Source: Ignavibacteriota bacterium (GTDB lineage Bacteria; Bacteroidota; Ignavibacteria; UBA10030; SZUA-254). From it: a stretch of DNA of 64,000 bases. This document shows, piece after piece, positions 44,068 through 55,400 of this stretch. Made by a program: the position numbers and the translations under genes. The stretch lies in the NCBI GenBank assembly GCA_016212665.1, contig JACREZ010000033.1, forward strand, positions 7,533 to 71,532, given 5' to 3'. The notes under the pieces are model-generated. The model was not told where the DNA came from. It worked only from the letters and a program-made list of their open reading frames with translations, and made no database searches. Numbering within the stretch: position 1 is the stretch's first letter; the number at the start of each line of letters is the position of its first letter.

Positions 44068-44943
44068 TTATTGCTTCTTCAAAAGTGCAAGTTCATCCCG
44101 TCGTATATTCAGCAACTCATGAATTTCAGTTGCACGGAGTTCATCTAACTTCACATGCAAGCTTTGAATCTGCATTTCTGCCTTCCTGTTGACCTGATAA
44201 TCGAGTTCTGCTTTGATACGGTCTTTCTTCGATTGCCGGTTCTGGCTCATTAATATTATCGGCGCCTGAATTGCCGAAACGGTGGAAAGCATCAGGTTCA
44301 GAAATGTAAACGGAAACGAATCGAACGGCTGAAAAAGAAGTTGAATCGTGTTGAGAAGTATCCAACTGAAAAAAAACGTGAGAAAAGATATGATAAATTT
44401 CCAACTACCGATGACCCGCGCAATAATATCGGAGAAACGGTCGGAGAGATGCGATTGATGCTCGATTTCTTCGTTGACATTCTTTGACGCAGAACGTTCC
44501 ATCATTTCGTTTGTTGCGCGAAGTCGCTCGGAAATTTCGTGAAGCATCGTCAAACAAACTTGAGGGCGGGAAAGAAGAAACTCGTTGAAATCTTTCCGGT
44601 TCATTTCCAGCAGGGATGTTCGTTTCAACGCTTTCGCATTTGCGCTTCGGGGCGCATCGCCAAACAAGGCAAGTTCTCCGAAGAAATCCCCTTCTCCGAA
44701 CACGGAAAGAATTGTTTGCTGATTATTCTCCGTCCAAAGAGTTACGGCAATTTCCCCCTCTTTAATAATAAACATGGAATTTCCCGGGTCCCCTTTCTTG
44801 AAGAGAAGTTGTCCCTCCTCTTTTGTCAGCGGCTTCCAGAGCGATTTTAATTGATGAAGGTCTGCCTCGCCAAGCGAAGAAAAAATAGAAATCTTTGAGA
44901 GAAAGTTTTGGTCAATCATAGTTGATGAAATTAATTCTCTCAA
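44068..44943 (-). CDS. cyclic-nucleotide-binding domain protein fused to a DUF1003 membrane domain
   Basis: 291 aa. cNMP motif FGEGDFFGELALFGDAPRSANAKA, then the two-TM DUF1003-like IGSWKFIISFLTFFFSWILLN...PFTFLNLMLS. Confidence 0.8.
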   Translation of the reverse strand: MRELISSTMIDQNFLSKISIFSSLGEADLHQLKSLWKPLTKEEGQLLFKKGDPGNSMFIIKEGEIAVTLWTENNQQTILSVFGEGDFFGELALFGDAPRSANAKALKRTSLLEMNRKDFNEFLLSRPQVCLTMLHEISERLRATNEMMERSASKNVNEEIEHQSHLSDRFSDIIARVIGSWKFIISFLTFFFSWILLNTIQLLFQPFDSFPFTFLNLMLSTVSAIQAPIILMSQNRQSKKDRIKAELDYQVNRKAEMQIQSLHVKLDELRATEIHELLNIRRDELALLKKQ

Positions 44944-45053
44944 AGATAACTAAATTTCCGTTCAGAGTTTACTGTCGGAGGTACCGGTTTTTCTCGGCAA
45001 TGATTCCGTTTATCAGTTACCGTCAGATTCAACTGACGGGGACAGTGATTATA

Positions 45054-47003
45054 TTATCGCATCGGTACAATTTTGATTTTCTTTGCCGCGCTTGCAGGTA
45101 ACGTCGAGAAAAACAATTCACCTTCCTGATTCACTTTCACCCAATATGCTTTCCCGGGTTGGATTGTCTCAACAACTTCGTATCCCTTCGCATAACTATA
45201 AAATTGACTTGTCACCAAGCCGGGCGGCTCGCTGGTGATTGATGAAATATCGAACGGTATCGAAAGTGAACCGAGCAAGTTCCATCCTTCAACAACATCA
45301 ACAGAGAGAGAATACAGCGAATCATTACCAAGATGAATGTGTTGTTGTTCACCATTGAATTTCAACCAATAGCCAACACCTGATTTCAATGAATCCTTTG
45401 CATCGTATGAACCTTCGTACGCGAATGCATTTGAAACTGCGGTCGGGTACGCAAACGGTTTCAGGATTCCGGAAGATTGATATGGCAACGAAACCAAATT
45501 CCATTTATTCTGAACATTGATGGTGAATTGATTTTGTGCAAACATTGCGGTGATGTTTTTGTTTGAATTCATCATCACAAAAACGGGATTGGATGTTCCG
45601 CTTATGTCTCCGCTCCATCCTGTAAAATGGTAGCCGGAATTCGGTATCGCAGTGAGTTGAACTACGGAACTGCTATCATAAAACGATTGATTAGGACTTT
45701 TTGTAATCGTTCCGTTCGATGAATTAAGGCTTAATGAATATTGAGGTGAAGAAACATTATGTGTTATGTGAATTATCAGCCCTGTCTGACCGGGATGTGC
45801 GAGTATCGAATTCCAATGATAGTTGTAACTTCCCTCCCAATTATTGGGACTGACGATGTAATTGTATAAATTACCCGAAACGGGAAGCGAGAAATTTCCG
45901 GTCGCGCTGTCTGCGATTGTAAATGTCATCGCGGTATCATACACGTTGCCACCAATGGTAATCCGAAATCCGGGAGGATTTCCATTAACCAACACCTGTC
46001 CCTGAATCGAAGAATTGACATGATACGATACGAGATTATAAAACAAACTATCTCCGTTGTGAATGCCGTTAATGAATTTTACTCCAATCATATCGTCGTC
46101 AGTATTAAAAATAAAGTACGATGCAAGACGAAATGTACTGTCCGACAATTCACTTTCCATCAACCCGATTTCAAAGTATCCTGATTCATTCGTGTTCTCT
46201 CTTCTGAACAAACTAAAATCCTGATTGTTGATGGAAACTCCTCTGTTGGGAATGGGATTTCCGATTTCATCTTTCAAATACCCGACAACTTTCGCGGCAA
46301 CAGCGCTGAACGTGAAATCCAATACTGAAGGATTTCCTGTCAACGTAATCGAATATTTCGATGGAGACGGAACCGACGGTGGATACGGGCTACTCCCCTC
46401 GGCAAATCGTATTTCCCAAGGATTTCCCGAAGTGTCGGCATCGGTATAAATCACATAATTGCCAAGCGCGTCGGTCAATCCTTCCCACGATTCCGGCACT
46501 GCGCTATGTCCTGAACGCCTCGCTTCCATGAACAGGTACTGTGCGCTTTTTCCGGGTGGTGGTGTCACATGACCTGAAATTGAATGTGCAGGTGAAGGTA
46601 ATGGTGTTATTGTTCCCCTGCGGGTCACTGTTAAAGCGCCTACGGTAAACTGAAAAAGATACGTTCCCGGTGCAATGCCGAGATTGTATTCAAGGTAAAT
46701 AATTCCGTTGAGAGTTCCATCCATATCGGGAATTCCTCCACTATTGGAACCATCGGTTTGAGTAAGAGAATAACGTCGTTTGTCTGTAGATGTATCTATG
46801 ATTCCATTGTTGTTTACATCCAACCAAACCTCGATTGCGGAAGTTACCCCGGATGCCACATGTATCCTCCAAGTCAACACAGAACCTGTCACCATGGTAA
46901 AACTCGTATCCGAGCCATTGATGACGAGACTGTCAATCTGTGCGCTTGAAATGGATATGAAAAGAAAAATGAAAATGAAAAAAGAAATGAGATTGCGGTT
47001 CAT
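45054..47003 (-). CDS. secreted multidomain protein (carboxypeptidase-regulatory-like folds, InlB B-repeat-like domain, C-terminal GYWLKF/AYWVKV domain)
   Basis: 649 aa. Signal peptide MNRNLISFFIFIFLFISISSAQ. GYHFTGWSGDISGTSNPVFV is like the divergent InlB B-repeat. The last ~140 aa are paralogous to the N-terminal half of the next gene. Confidence 0.65.
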   Translation of the reverse strand: MNRNLISFFIFIFLFISISSAQIDSLVINGSDTSFTMVTGSVLTWRIHVASGVTSAIEVWLDVNNNGIIDTSTDKRRYSLTQTDGSNSGGIPDMDGTLNGIIYLEYNLGIAPGTYLFQFTVGALTVTRRGTITPLPSPAHSISGHVTPPPGKSAQYLFMEARRSGHSAVPESWEGLTDALGNYVIYTDADTSGNPWEIRFAEGSSPYPPSVPSPSKYSITLTGNPSVLDFTFSAVAAKVVGYLKDEIGNPIPNRGVSINNQDFSLFRRENTNESGYFEIGLMESELSDSTFRLASYFIFNTDDDMIGVKFINGIHNGDSLFYNLVSYHVNSSIQGQVLVNGNPPGFRITIGGNVYDTAMTFTIADSATGNFSLPVSGNLYNYIVSPNNWEGSYNYHWNSILAHPGQTGLIIHITHNVSSPQYSLSLNSSNGTITKSPNQSFYDSSSVVQLTAIPNSGYHFTGWSGDISGTSNPVFVMMNSNKNITAMFAQNQFTINVQNKWNLVSLPYQSSGILKPFAYPTAVSNAFAYEGSYDAKDSLKSGVGYWLKFNGEQQHIHLGNDSLYSLSVDVVEGWNLLGSLSIPFDISSITSEPPGLVTSQFYSYAKGYEVVETIQPGKAYWVKVNQEGELFFSTLPASAAKKIKIVPMR

Positions 47004-47189
47004 AGTTTCGTTTGCTGTTGATAATGAAGAATAACTGAAATAATAATTTGATATTCAGAGTGAACTGATATTCAAAAGAACTTCAAGAAATGATAACTGC
47101 CCATTCAGGTTTGAATGGAAAGGGAAGAACGCCTAAATGATGTGTAAATATACCAAATATTCGTCCAAGAAACTATGATGATTCGGGAA

Positions 47190-47233
47190 GAAAAAATGAA
47201 AAGCACAGTCCGATGAATTGAGACTGTGCTTTT
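47190..47233 (-). terminator. rho-independent terminator after the 468-aa T9SS cargo gene
   Basis: On the minus strand: AAAAGCACAGTC-tcaattcatcg-GACTGTGCTTTT then CATTTTTTC. 12-bp perfect stem. Confidence 0.8.
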
Positions 47234-47320
47234 AGTTGCTTTCGTTACCGTTGACTAAAGTCAACGGCAATAAACCATATCCTTCCTTGCCATCACGTTC
47301 GAGTGACAGGGACAGTGGAA

Positions 47321-48727
47321 TTATTTTGTCAGTATAAATTTCTTCACATCTCGAAACACTTTCCCCGTCCCATCTTCCGTTGCCGTCAATTGATAGAAAT
47401 ATGTCCCGCTTGCAAGTCCATTCGCAGTGAACTCTACAAACTTGAATCCTGCATCCTGCATCTCATCAACCATCGTTGTAACTACTTGTCCAAGCACATC
47501 AAACACTCTTAGCGTTACTCTACTATTAACAGATAACTGATAACGAATAACTGTTGACGGGTTAAACGGATTCGGATAATTTTGTTCAAGTGCAAACTCT
47601 GTCGGCAATTCCTTTGAAGATGGAGGCGTTAATTTCAGTTTGATTGATGATTCAGGATTTAGGATTTCAGCCTTTCTATTCTCAGTCAACTTCACTTCTT
47701 TCCCATCAACGAATAAAGAAGCGCCGGAAGAATTTTCCAACTCGATGGTTAATGGATATTCCGCACCATTGATTTGAAGTGCAAATAGTTGAGGCTCTTT
47801 TTTCTTCATATCATACACAACCAATGAACGTTGCGTCGCAAACCGTGCGTCAAACATTCCTGCAGGAGGAACGGGCGGTAACTCAAACTGATTCAAATCT
47901 ATGCCATTTTGTGAAGTCGAATAATTCAATGTTCGCTCCCGCCCTATTGCATCACGAATGAGAATTGAGTTCATATCAGATTGAACAGTGGCTACGTTTT
48001 TCATCGGTGATTTATTTTTATTCACGGAAGAAACAGGTGCAGAAAAATCCAGTCCGCTTGTTGCCCGCAATACTAATTTCCCTGCACCGTTTGTCTTTAC
48101 CCAATATCCTTTTCCCGGTTGTAATGTAGTAGTCGAAACGTAACCGCCCGAATTTGAAAAACCAAAATATTGTGATGTTACCATTGTTCCGATTGCTTCA
48201 ATACTTGAAATATCTACCGGATACGAAATACATCCAATCATATTCCACTGACTGTTCACATTGAGTGTTTCAATAAATGACGACGAACCCGAAAACATCA
48301 TTGTATCTCCAACGGAAAATTTCAACCAATATCCTTTCCCGAATTGAAGAGAGTCCTTCATTACATATCCCGTAGTATATTCAAAAGCCGCCGAAATCGA
48401 AGAAGGAAACAACGAACTCTTTCTGTTATCGCTCACACGTAATGAAAGTGAAATCATATTCCAACTTGCTTCTGCAATCAGAGTAGAAGTTGAAGTTGTT
48501 CCTGAATACTGTCGCACTCCGGGAATATACCCGCTTTCGAGATTCACGCCCGCAACACCTGATAATTTTCCATTTGCATTGGCAACTGAACTTCTCATCG
48601 TTACGCTTTGACTTGAAATGATTTTTCCGCCTCCTTGGTCAACTGTTCTCCACGGATGTTCGATTGATTGGCTCAGTGCATAGCCCCACAATCCGAACAT
48701 CAACAATAAGATTAGAAATATTTTCAT
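47321..48727 (-). CDS. secreted protein with GYWLKF/GYWVKT domain and T9SS C-terminal sorting domain
   Basis: 468 aa with a signal peptide. C-terminal NYPNPFNPSTVIRYQLSVNSRVTLRVFDVLGQVV...GTYFYQL. Confidence 0.8.
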   Translation of the reverse strand: MKIFLILLLMFGLWGYALSQSIEHPWRTVDQGGGKIISSQSVTMRSSVANANGKLSGVAGVNLESGYIPGVRQYSGTTSTSTLIAEASWNMISLSLRVSDNRKSSLFPSSISAAFEYTTGYVMKDSLQFGKGYWLKFSVGDTMMFSGSSSFIETLNVNSQWNMIGCISYPVDISSIEAIGTMVTSQYFGFSNSGGYVSTTTLQPGKGYWVKTNGAGKLVLRATSGLDFSAPVSSVNKNKSPMKNVATVQSDMNSILIRDAIGRERTLNYSTSQNGIDLNQFELPPVPPAGMFDARFATQRSLVVYDMKKKEPQLFALQINGAEYPLTIELENSSGASLFVDGKEVKLTENRKAEILNPESSIKLKLTPPSSKELPTEFALEQNYPNPFNPSTVIRYQLSVNSRVTLRVFDVLGQVVTTMVDEMQDAGFKFVEFTANGLASGTYFYQLTATEDGTGKVFRDVKKFILTK

Positions 48728-48763
48728 TTTAATTTTCTTTCAAATAGAAATATCAATTCACGA

Positions 48764-51214
48764 TTACTTCACTTGCAACCAATTCGTGCCATCTGACTGA
48801 ACCCACAATGCAGTCGCCGTCGCAAGTGAAGTTTGAAATGTATCAGATAAATCATAATAACCGGAGACTGTTCGTGTCGCTCCCGTTTTATTGATAATAA
48901 CATACATCCTGTTTGTGCAATTGCTTGCCGTAGGCAAATTGATAGTTCCCGCTCCTGTTGTAAAAATCCAAGTTGTCGCCGTCTCGTCGGGGTTATTTGT
49001 GCCGGCAATTTGATTAGTTTTCATTCTCATCCCGACAGAACCGTTCACATCCAACGTAGATTTATTTGAACTTGTATTGATTCCGACAAATCCAGTCGAA
49101 CGGATAATGGTAAACGGTTGACCGAGATAACTGCCGGCATCATCATATCTGTTAATAAAGAAATCCGAGCCTGCATTCGAACCTGATTCTGACGCTACGC
49201 TTTTTCCAAATCCCCATCTGTTTTTATATCCACTGCTTGTTGTTTGAAAAATAAGTGCATCTTCTTTTCCTGATACAGCAGAAAGACTCATGTATGTATG
49301 TCCTGAATTACTTTCTACTTTCGCATCGGCATTTCCCGACGGACTATATACGCGCATGCCACCCGTAGCACGGATGAGAAATTGATTTGTACTTGTTGAT
49401 GAAAAGTCTTCGTCCGTCTGGTCAGCCCAGACAAACGAACCATCATGGAGCGCTTGTGCTCGTCTGCCTGCCGCAAACGAATATGCACCGCTTGCAGTGT
49501 TTGACTCGCCTCCAGATATCGTTGAATATTCACCGCTTGCTGTATTTGAACTTCCGCCGCTTATTGTTGAAGAGAATCCACTTGCCGTGTTTGAGCCTCC
49601 GCCTCCGATAATCCCATACTGTTGACTTACCAAATTCTGCGCGCCACCTCCAACTGTACCGTAACTTGCAGAGATTGTGTTCGTGTAACCTCCGCCAATA
49701 GTGGTATAATATCTCTTTGCTTGATTAAAATAACCGCCGCCAATCGTCGCGTGGTCATAACTTGCAATATTTCCTCTGCCGCCTCCTATCGTTGTATATT
49801 CTCCTGTAGCCGAATTTGAATCTGCCTCAGCACCACCACCACCACTAATAACGGAGAAATTGCCGCGTGCATGGTTATTACTTCCTGCAACGGAGGCTTG
49901 TGTCCCTTCATTTGTATTGCTTGTTCCGAAATTTCCTTTCCCCATTGTGATTGATGGGTCGCCTGTACTTGTTATCGCTCCGGTCATTGTTCCGCCAGAC
50001 AGGGAAAGATACGAACCTGTGAGAGTTGAGGGATTCACCCAACTTGCATTTCCACTTGCATCACTTTGCAAGACCAAACCAGCAGAAGCGCCATTTGTCA
50101 TTTGAAAGTTTGTTGTTTTTGTTGTCCCCACTACTTCTAATGTTTGCGTGGGTGCAATCGTTCCAATACCAACTTCGCCATTAACAAAAAGTCCCGAATA
50201 ACTTCCCCCGCTTCCATCTGCATACAGCGCTGAATTTGTTGTGACAAGTTTGGGATCCGGAAGCGAGGTTGACAAAGCGGCATAAACACCAAAAGCATTT
50301 TCTGAGTTTGAGTAATTTGCTACCCCCATAACTCCGACGGAAGTTCCCGGACTCCCTTTAAGTGAAGAATTCGGAGGATAACCCTGAGCAAAGCCGGTTA
50401 CCCCTACGCTTGATTTTACAACACTGCTGGTGGGAGATGCTTTACCAACAATTGCATAATTATCTTCATCGCTCGTTTTGATAACCTCGAACTTGGACAA
50501 TGTTGATGTTGTTCCAATTCCAACATTGCCAGACGTGTCAACATAGATTCCTTCATTATCTCCATCATTAGAGAGCCAATTTCCGTTAAGATTGATATTT
50601 TGTGTAGCAGTATGATTTCCAAGATTATCACCTGAAACTGAAATTGTGTTTGCATTAACCCAACTCGCGTTGCCATCTGCATCGCTCTGCATTATGAAGC
50701 CATCGGAAGCTCCATCTATCATTTTGAAACCTTCTGTTGTGGTCGTTCCTTCAACTTCCAATGCAGAAGTTGGATTGCTCAATCCAATCCCGACCTTCCC
50801 ATAAAAATATACTTTATCATCTATCGGCGCCCACGGACCTAACGCATACGGCGCTGCAGTCAGTTCAGTTCTCGATGAGAATGTGACCGGATACGTCAAA
50901 CTTGCCGGACCGTTATCAACAGTAACATCAACATATAATGATTCTTTGAATGTGACTGTCAACGGAGCCACTGAACCAAGCGTTACGCTGAAGGTGCCTT
51001 GCTCAACCGGAACTCCTATGTGAGATTCTGTAAATCGTAATGTCCCGCCTGCGGGAAGATTATAGAGTTTGAACGTCATATCATAATTCCCGTTCGTCAG
51101 TGGAACCCCTGATGAATCGGTGAGTAATCCCTGATACGATAGTTTGCGCGGGATTTGTCCAAACCCAATCATGGTTATGAAGAACATGGAGAAGAACAAA
51201 GAGAAATATTTCAT
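48764..51214 (-). CDS. secreted fibre/adhesin-like protein with Hep_Hag/tail-fibre-like G-x-x-N-T-A-S-G repeats
   Basis: 816 aa with a signal peptide. Tandem ~14-aa repeats ...GGGSNTASGFSSTISGGSSNTASGEYSTISGGESNTASGAYSFAAG..., then ...GSFVWAD. Confidence 0.65.
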   Translation of the reverse strand: MKYFSLFFSMFFITMIGFGQIPRKLSYQGLLTDSSGVPLTNGNYDMTFKLYNLPAGGTLRFTESHIGVPVEQGTFSVTLGSVAPLTVTFKESLYVDVTVDNGPASLTYPVTFSSRTELTAAPYALGPWAPIDDKVYFYGKVGIGLSNPTSALEVEGTTTTEGFKMIDGASDGFIMQSDADGNASWVNANTISVSGDNLGNHTATQNINLNGNWLSNDGDNEGIYVDTSGNVGIGTTSTLSKFEVIKTSDEDNYAIVGKASPTSSVVKSSVGVTGFAQGYPPNSSLKGSPGTSVGVMGVANYSNSENAFGVYAALSTSLPDPKLVTTNSALYADGSGGSYSGLFVNGEVGIGTIAPTQTLEVVGTTKTTNFQMTNGASAGLVLQSDASGNASWVNPSTLTGSYLSLSGGTMTGAITSTGDPSITMGKGNFGTSNTNEGTQASVAGSNNHARGNFSVISGGGGAEADSNSATGEYTTIGGGRGNIASYDHATIGGGYFNQAKRYYTTIGGGYTNTISASYGTVGGGAQNLVSQQYGIIGGGGSNTASGFSSTISGGSSNTASGEYSTISGGESNTASGAYSFAAGRRAQALHDGSFVWADQTDEDFSSTSTNQFLIRATGGMRVYSPSGNADAKVESNSGHTYMSLSAVSGKEDALIFQTTSSGYKNRWGFGKSVASESGSNAGSDFFINRYDDAGSYLGQPFTIIRSTGFVGINTSSNKSTLDVNGSVGMRMKTNQIAGTNNPDETATTWIFTTGAGTINLPTASNCTNRMYVIINKTGATRTVSGYYDLSDTFQTSLATATALWVQSDGTNWLQVK

Positions 51215-51252
51215 GGTAGTTTTCCTTATGAATGTTTGATGATAGTTTCTGA

Positions 51253-51597
51253 TTAAATGATGTTGATGAGCGTCTTGAGATGGGCGAGATTTTCTTTCAG
51301 CACATACGCATTCGCGCCCGCTTCTCTCGCCGCATTTCTATATTCCGGTTCGTCGTGGCTGGTGAGCATGATGATTTTCGCTTTCGGGTGAATATCTTTC
51401 AGCATTTTTGTTGTCTTGATTCCGTTGAGCGGTTTGATTCTGATGTCCATAACCACAACATCCGGTTTGCTCTCTTCAAACCGCATCAGCACTTCAGAAC
51501 TGGAGGAACAATAGACGATGCTGTTGTTTGCTCCCTCTAACGTACGAGCGATGTTTTCATACATGCTGGTGTTATCTTCTACAACTAAAATTTTCAT
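51253..51597 (-). CDS. stand-alone response-regulator receiver (CheY-like)
   Basis: The ATG at 51597 gives MKILVVEDN...VVVMDIRI...KIIMLTSH. The track ORF extends to 51636. Confidence 0.8.
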   Translation of the reverse strand: MKILVVEDNTSMYENIARTLEGANNSIVYCSSSSEVLMRFEESKPDVVVMDIRIKPLNGIKTTKMLKDIHPKAKIIMLTSHDEPEYRNAAREAGANAYVLKENLAHLKTLINII

Positions 51598-51754
51598 GGT
51601 AATTCTTTCTTGTACATTGATGGGTAAAGATACCAAGAAAGTGGAGGCAGGAACATAAGTAAAGTTACAGTTTTGATATGAGTAAAATTACTCATTTTTC
51701 GGAGGGATACGGAGCGAGAGATGGAGTCCACCCGCAGGTGGAGTCCATCTAAAA

Positions 51755-52408
51755 CTAAAGCATTTTTCTGTTCTCCATCGCAAACCTAAGTAGTTTGTAC
51801 CTTCCTTTGATTCCAAGTTTTTCCGCAATGTGAAACCGGTGATTGTCAACCGTCCTCGAAGAGATAAACAATTCATCCGCAATTTCTTTGCTTGATTTGC
51901 TTTCTCCAACCAAACGCAAAACAGTTCGCTCCATCTCTGTCAGTTTTTCGATGTCGGGAAATTCTTCCGTCAACGATTTCGATTCCTGTTTTCGTTGCAT
52001 CATCGCTCCGGAAAGTTTCGGACTAATGTAATATCTCCCTTTTGCCACTGCATGAATTCCCTGAAGTATATCGGATGGCAAACTATCTTTCAGCAAATAT
52101 CCTTTCACACCGACCTCCATCGCCTTCTCGAACCATTCTTCTTCATCGTGCATGGTCAGAAACATTATTTCTACTGTTGAATTGCTTTTTAACAATTCCT
52201 TTGCAACTGCCAAGCCGGTCATCTCCGGCATTCGCATATCAAGCAAAGCGACTTGCGGCATTCGGTCTCGAATCAAACGTAACGCCTCGGCGCCAGTTCC
52301 TGCTTCGCCAATCAAATGAAGGGACTCGTCCGACTCAATCGCTTGACGCACTCCTGCTCGAAACATCGGATGGTCATCTGCAATGACAATTGTGATGCGT
52401 TTATCCAT
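51755..52408 (-). CDS. NarL/LuxR-family response regulator (REC + HTH_LuxR)
   Basis: 217 aa. ITIVIADDHPMFRAG...VALLDMRMPEMTG... and C-terminal LTEMERTVLRLVGESKSSKEIADELFISSRTVDNHR. 8-nt overlap with the kinase gene. Confidence 0.9.
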   Translation of the reverse strand: MDKRITIVIADDHPMFRAGVRQAIESDESLHLIGEAGTGAEALRLIRDRMPQVALLDMRMPEMTGLAVAKELLKSNSTVEIMFLTMHDEEEWFEKAMEVGVKGYLLKDSLPSDILQGIHAVAKGRYYISPKLSGAMMQRKQESKSLTEEFPDIEKLTEMERTVLRLVGESKSSKEIADELFISSRTVDNHRFHIAEKLGIKGRYKLLRFAMENRKML

Positions 52409-55400
52409 TCTGTGCCGCCTCCTTTACCGGGCATCGAAGTGAAACAGTTGTTCCACCACTCATGATTGATACAACATTCATTTCAGCCCCGAGTAGACGA
52501 GTTCGTTCTTTCATGTTCTTCTGTCCGAACCCGCCGACGTTCCCCCGATGGACACCGGATTTTGTTGCATCAAATCCTTTCCCGTTGTCTGATAACAACA
52601 GTTCCACGAACTCTTTGTGACGCTTGACTGTCAGCGTAGCGGTCGTTGCGCCTGAATGTTTCACAACATTATTCAAACACTCCTGTACAACCCGAAAGAT
52701 ATGAACCTCCGCTTCAGGTGAAAAGAGTCCGTCAATATCCTCAACATTACTTGTAAACTGGATGGAAAATGTTTCGCATGTTTTACGAAGTAAATACTGC
52801 AATGCGGTAGTCAACCCAAGTTCTTCCAGCATTAGCGGGTGCAACGTGTATGATAACGTACGCGCATCCTGAATTGTTTGACCAACGATATTCACAGCAT
52901 TTTCTATCGTACCTTTTGTCTTCTCAACATTTTCTGCCGACTCCAAGCCGGTTTGCAATACGTTTTTCACAACGAGAAGATTCTGACCAAGGCTATCGTG
53001 AATTTCACCTGCGATTCTTTTTCGTTCGCCTTCAACATTATCGAGAAGTTGACGGGAGAAATCCTCTTGAAGCGCCTTTTCCTTTTTCAGCGTTGTAACT
53101 CTCCGGTAATAAATGATTGGACCAATAGAGAGAAACAGGACAATTGCAATAACGCGAAACCATGTCGTCATCCAGAACGGCGGGATGATGATGATTCGAA
53201 GTGACGCTCCCTGCGTATTCCACACGCCATCACTGTTCGATGCAATCACTTTGAAGGTATATTCTCCCGGGTCAAGATGTGAGTAGTTTGCAGACCTGTT
53301 CGTTCCGACCTCATGCCAGTTGCGGTCAAATCCTTCCATGAAATACGCGTATTTGTTTTCTTCACCAAGCAGGTAACTCAAAGCAGAGTATTCCAAACTG
53401 ATGTAATTCTGAAAATACGATAGTTCAATTCCTGAATTTTCAAACGGGATTTCTTCATCAAAGATTTTCAATCTTGTAATCACGACCGGCGGAACAAACG
53501 AGTTATCCTGAATACTATCGGGATGGAAAACATTAAAGCCGGATGCACCGCCGAAGTACATCACTCCGTTCTTATTTTTGAAATACGCACCCGTGTTGAA
53601 TTCCGATGCCTGCAAACCATCGCTCTCAGAATAATTTCTACATTGATAGGTGTGCGTATTGAATTTACACAATCCGTTGTGCGTGCTTATCCAAAGATTT
53701 CCATGGTCATCTTCAAGAATTCCGTAGATGCGATTGTCCGGCAGACCTTCGTTCATAGTAAACCGGGTAAAGTTATCCGTTGCCGATTCGTATTTATTCA
53801 AGCCGCCGCCTGCTGTTCCAACCCAAAGCGTCCCCGTTTTGTCACGATGAATTACCCGTATATCATTTTTGCTGAGACTCTTGGGTTGAGACGGGTCGTT
53901 GAAATATAGCGTGAATGAATTTGTCGAAGGCTCGTACCGATTCAATCCTCGTAAGGTTCCAATCCAAATCATACCATCTGAATCCTCTCCGAAACAGAAA
54001 ACGGTATGAAAAGAAATGCTATTCGCATTATCGCTATCAGGCAAAAAATGGTCAGCGCCGTCTTGCTTTATTCTGAATGCGCCATTTCCGGTAGCAATCC
54101 AGAGGGAGCCGTAAGAATCACGAAAGAATCGTCTTACTCCGGGGAGAAGATTTTTTTTATTTTCCGGAAACGTAACCCGATTCACTTTATCCACATTGCT
54201 TTGGAACATAAACACTCCTTCCGCTCCCCAACTTCCTAACCAAACCGAGCCATCGTTTTCAGTGTAAATCGAACCAATCAAAATCTTTCCTTCGGAATTG
54301 ATATTGTTGGCAAGTTGATGTTCAAAGTGGAATCGCTTCAACCCAACACCCGGTTTTAGAAAATGCAATCCATCGAACGAGCCAATCCATACAGTTCCAT
54401 CGTTCGCCTCGCCAATTGCGCGGACATTAAAATTCTCCGTAGTTGAACTATCCACGGCTGAACTGTACAGTGCGAATTTTTTACCCCGCCGTTCGATTTT
54501 ACACAAACCACCGCCGTCCGTTCCCACCCAAATTACTCCCGACCTATCCTGAAACAACATTCGTAGTGTGTTGACACTGAGGCTTCGATTGTTCCCCGGC
54601 TCGTATTGGTAAAACCTCAGCGTCGAGTTTTCGGCGTTATATCTGTACACACCTTTTGCATGAAGAAAGAGATTGCCTGTCCCGTCAAACAGAATATCCC
54701 GTATGAGCGAGCGTGCTTCCGTGACATATACTGGCGTAACCGATTTTGGTTCATCTCTTCGAAATGTTGTCAAATCCAATTTGTATAATCTCGAAGAACT
54801 TCCGATGTATAACTGTTTTTTTGCATCTTCTCCGAAAGAATTGAACGGTTCGCCTTTCATGATTTCAATAAACAGTTCTTTCTTTGAATCAAATACATAC
54901 GCATGTGCTTCGCTTCCTATCCAGAGATTTCCTTGTGAATCCTGAAAGAGTGAATGTATCTGATTTGTATTGGAAGTTGTGAGTTGTTTGTTTGGGATTG
55001 TAAACTCTCTTGTTCTACCCGTTACACTCTCTATACGATAAAAACGACCGTCTCTTGATGCAATCCAGAACACGCCTTGTTCCGTTGACGATTCGACGAA
55101 ACCTTTTTCCATAGACGCATCTTGCAGAGAAAGTGCGTAGTGAAGAAATCTCTCCTGTTGTCTGTCGAATTTGTACATCGTTGTTGAACGAATCCAAACT
55201 GTACTGCTTCGGTCAAGATGGAGTGTGAAATTCCCTCTCCGGATGTTCGAATCGTTTTCTACATGAAGTTGTCGAACTGATTTTTCCAGAAGATTAATTC
55301 TATACAGTCCATCGGCATTCATCCAGATGTTATCCCACGAATCAATAACTAATTGTCGAATCGCGGCGTTGGGGGTAATTGAATCATTAAATAATTTTCT

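Noticed and set aside
51688-51909. 73-aa minus-strand ORF overlapping the 3' end of the LuxR regulator
   Set aside because: It is an alternative frame of the response-regulator gene and its terminator-like region (direct GGAGTCCA repeats). No support.
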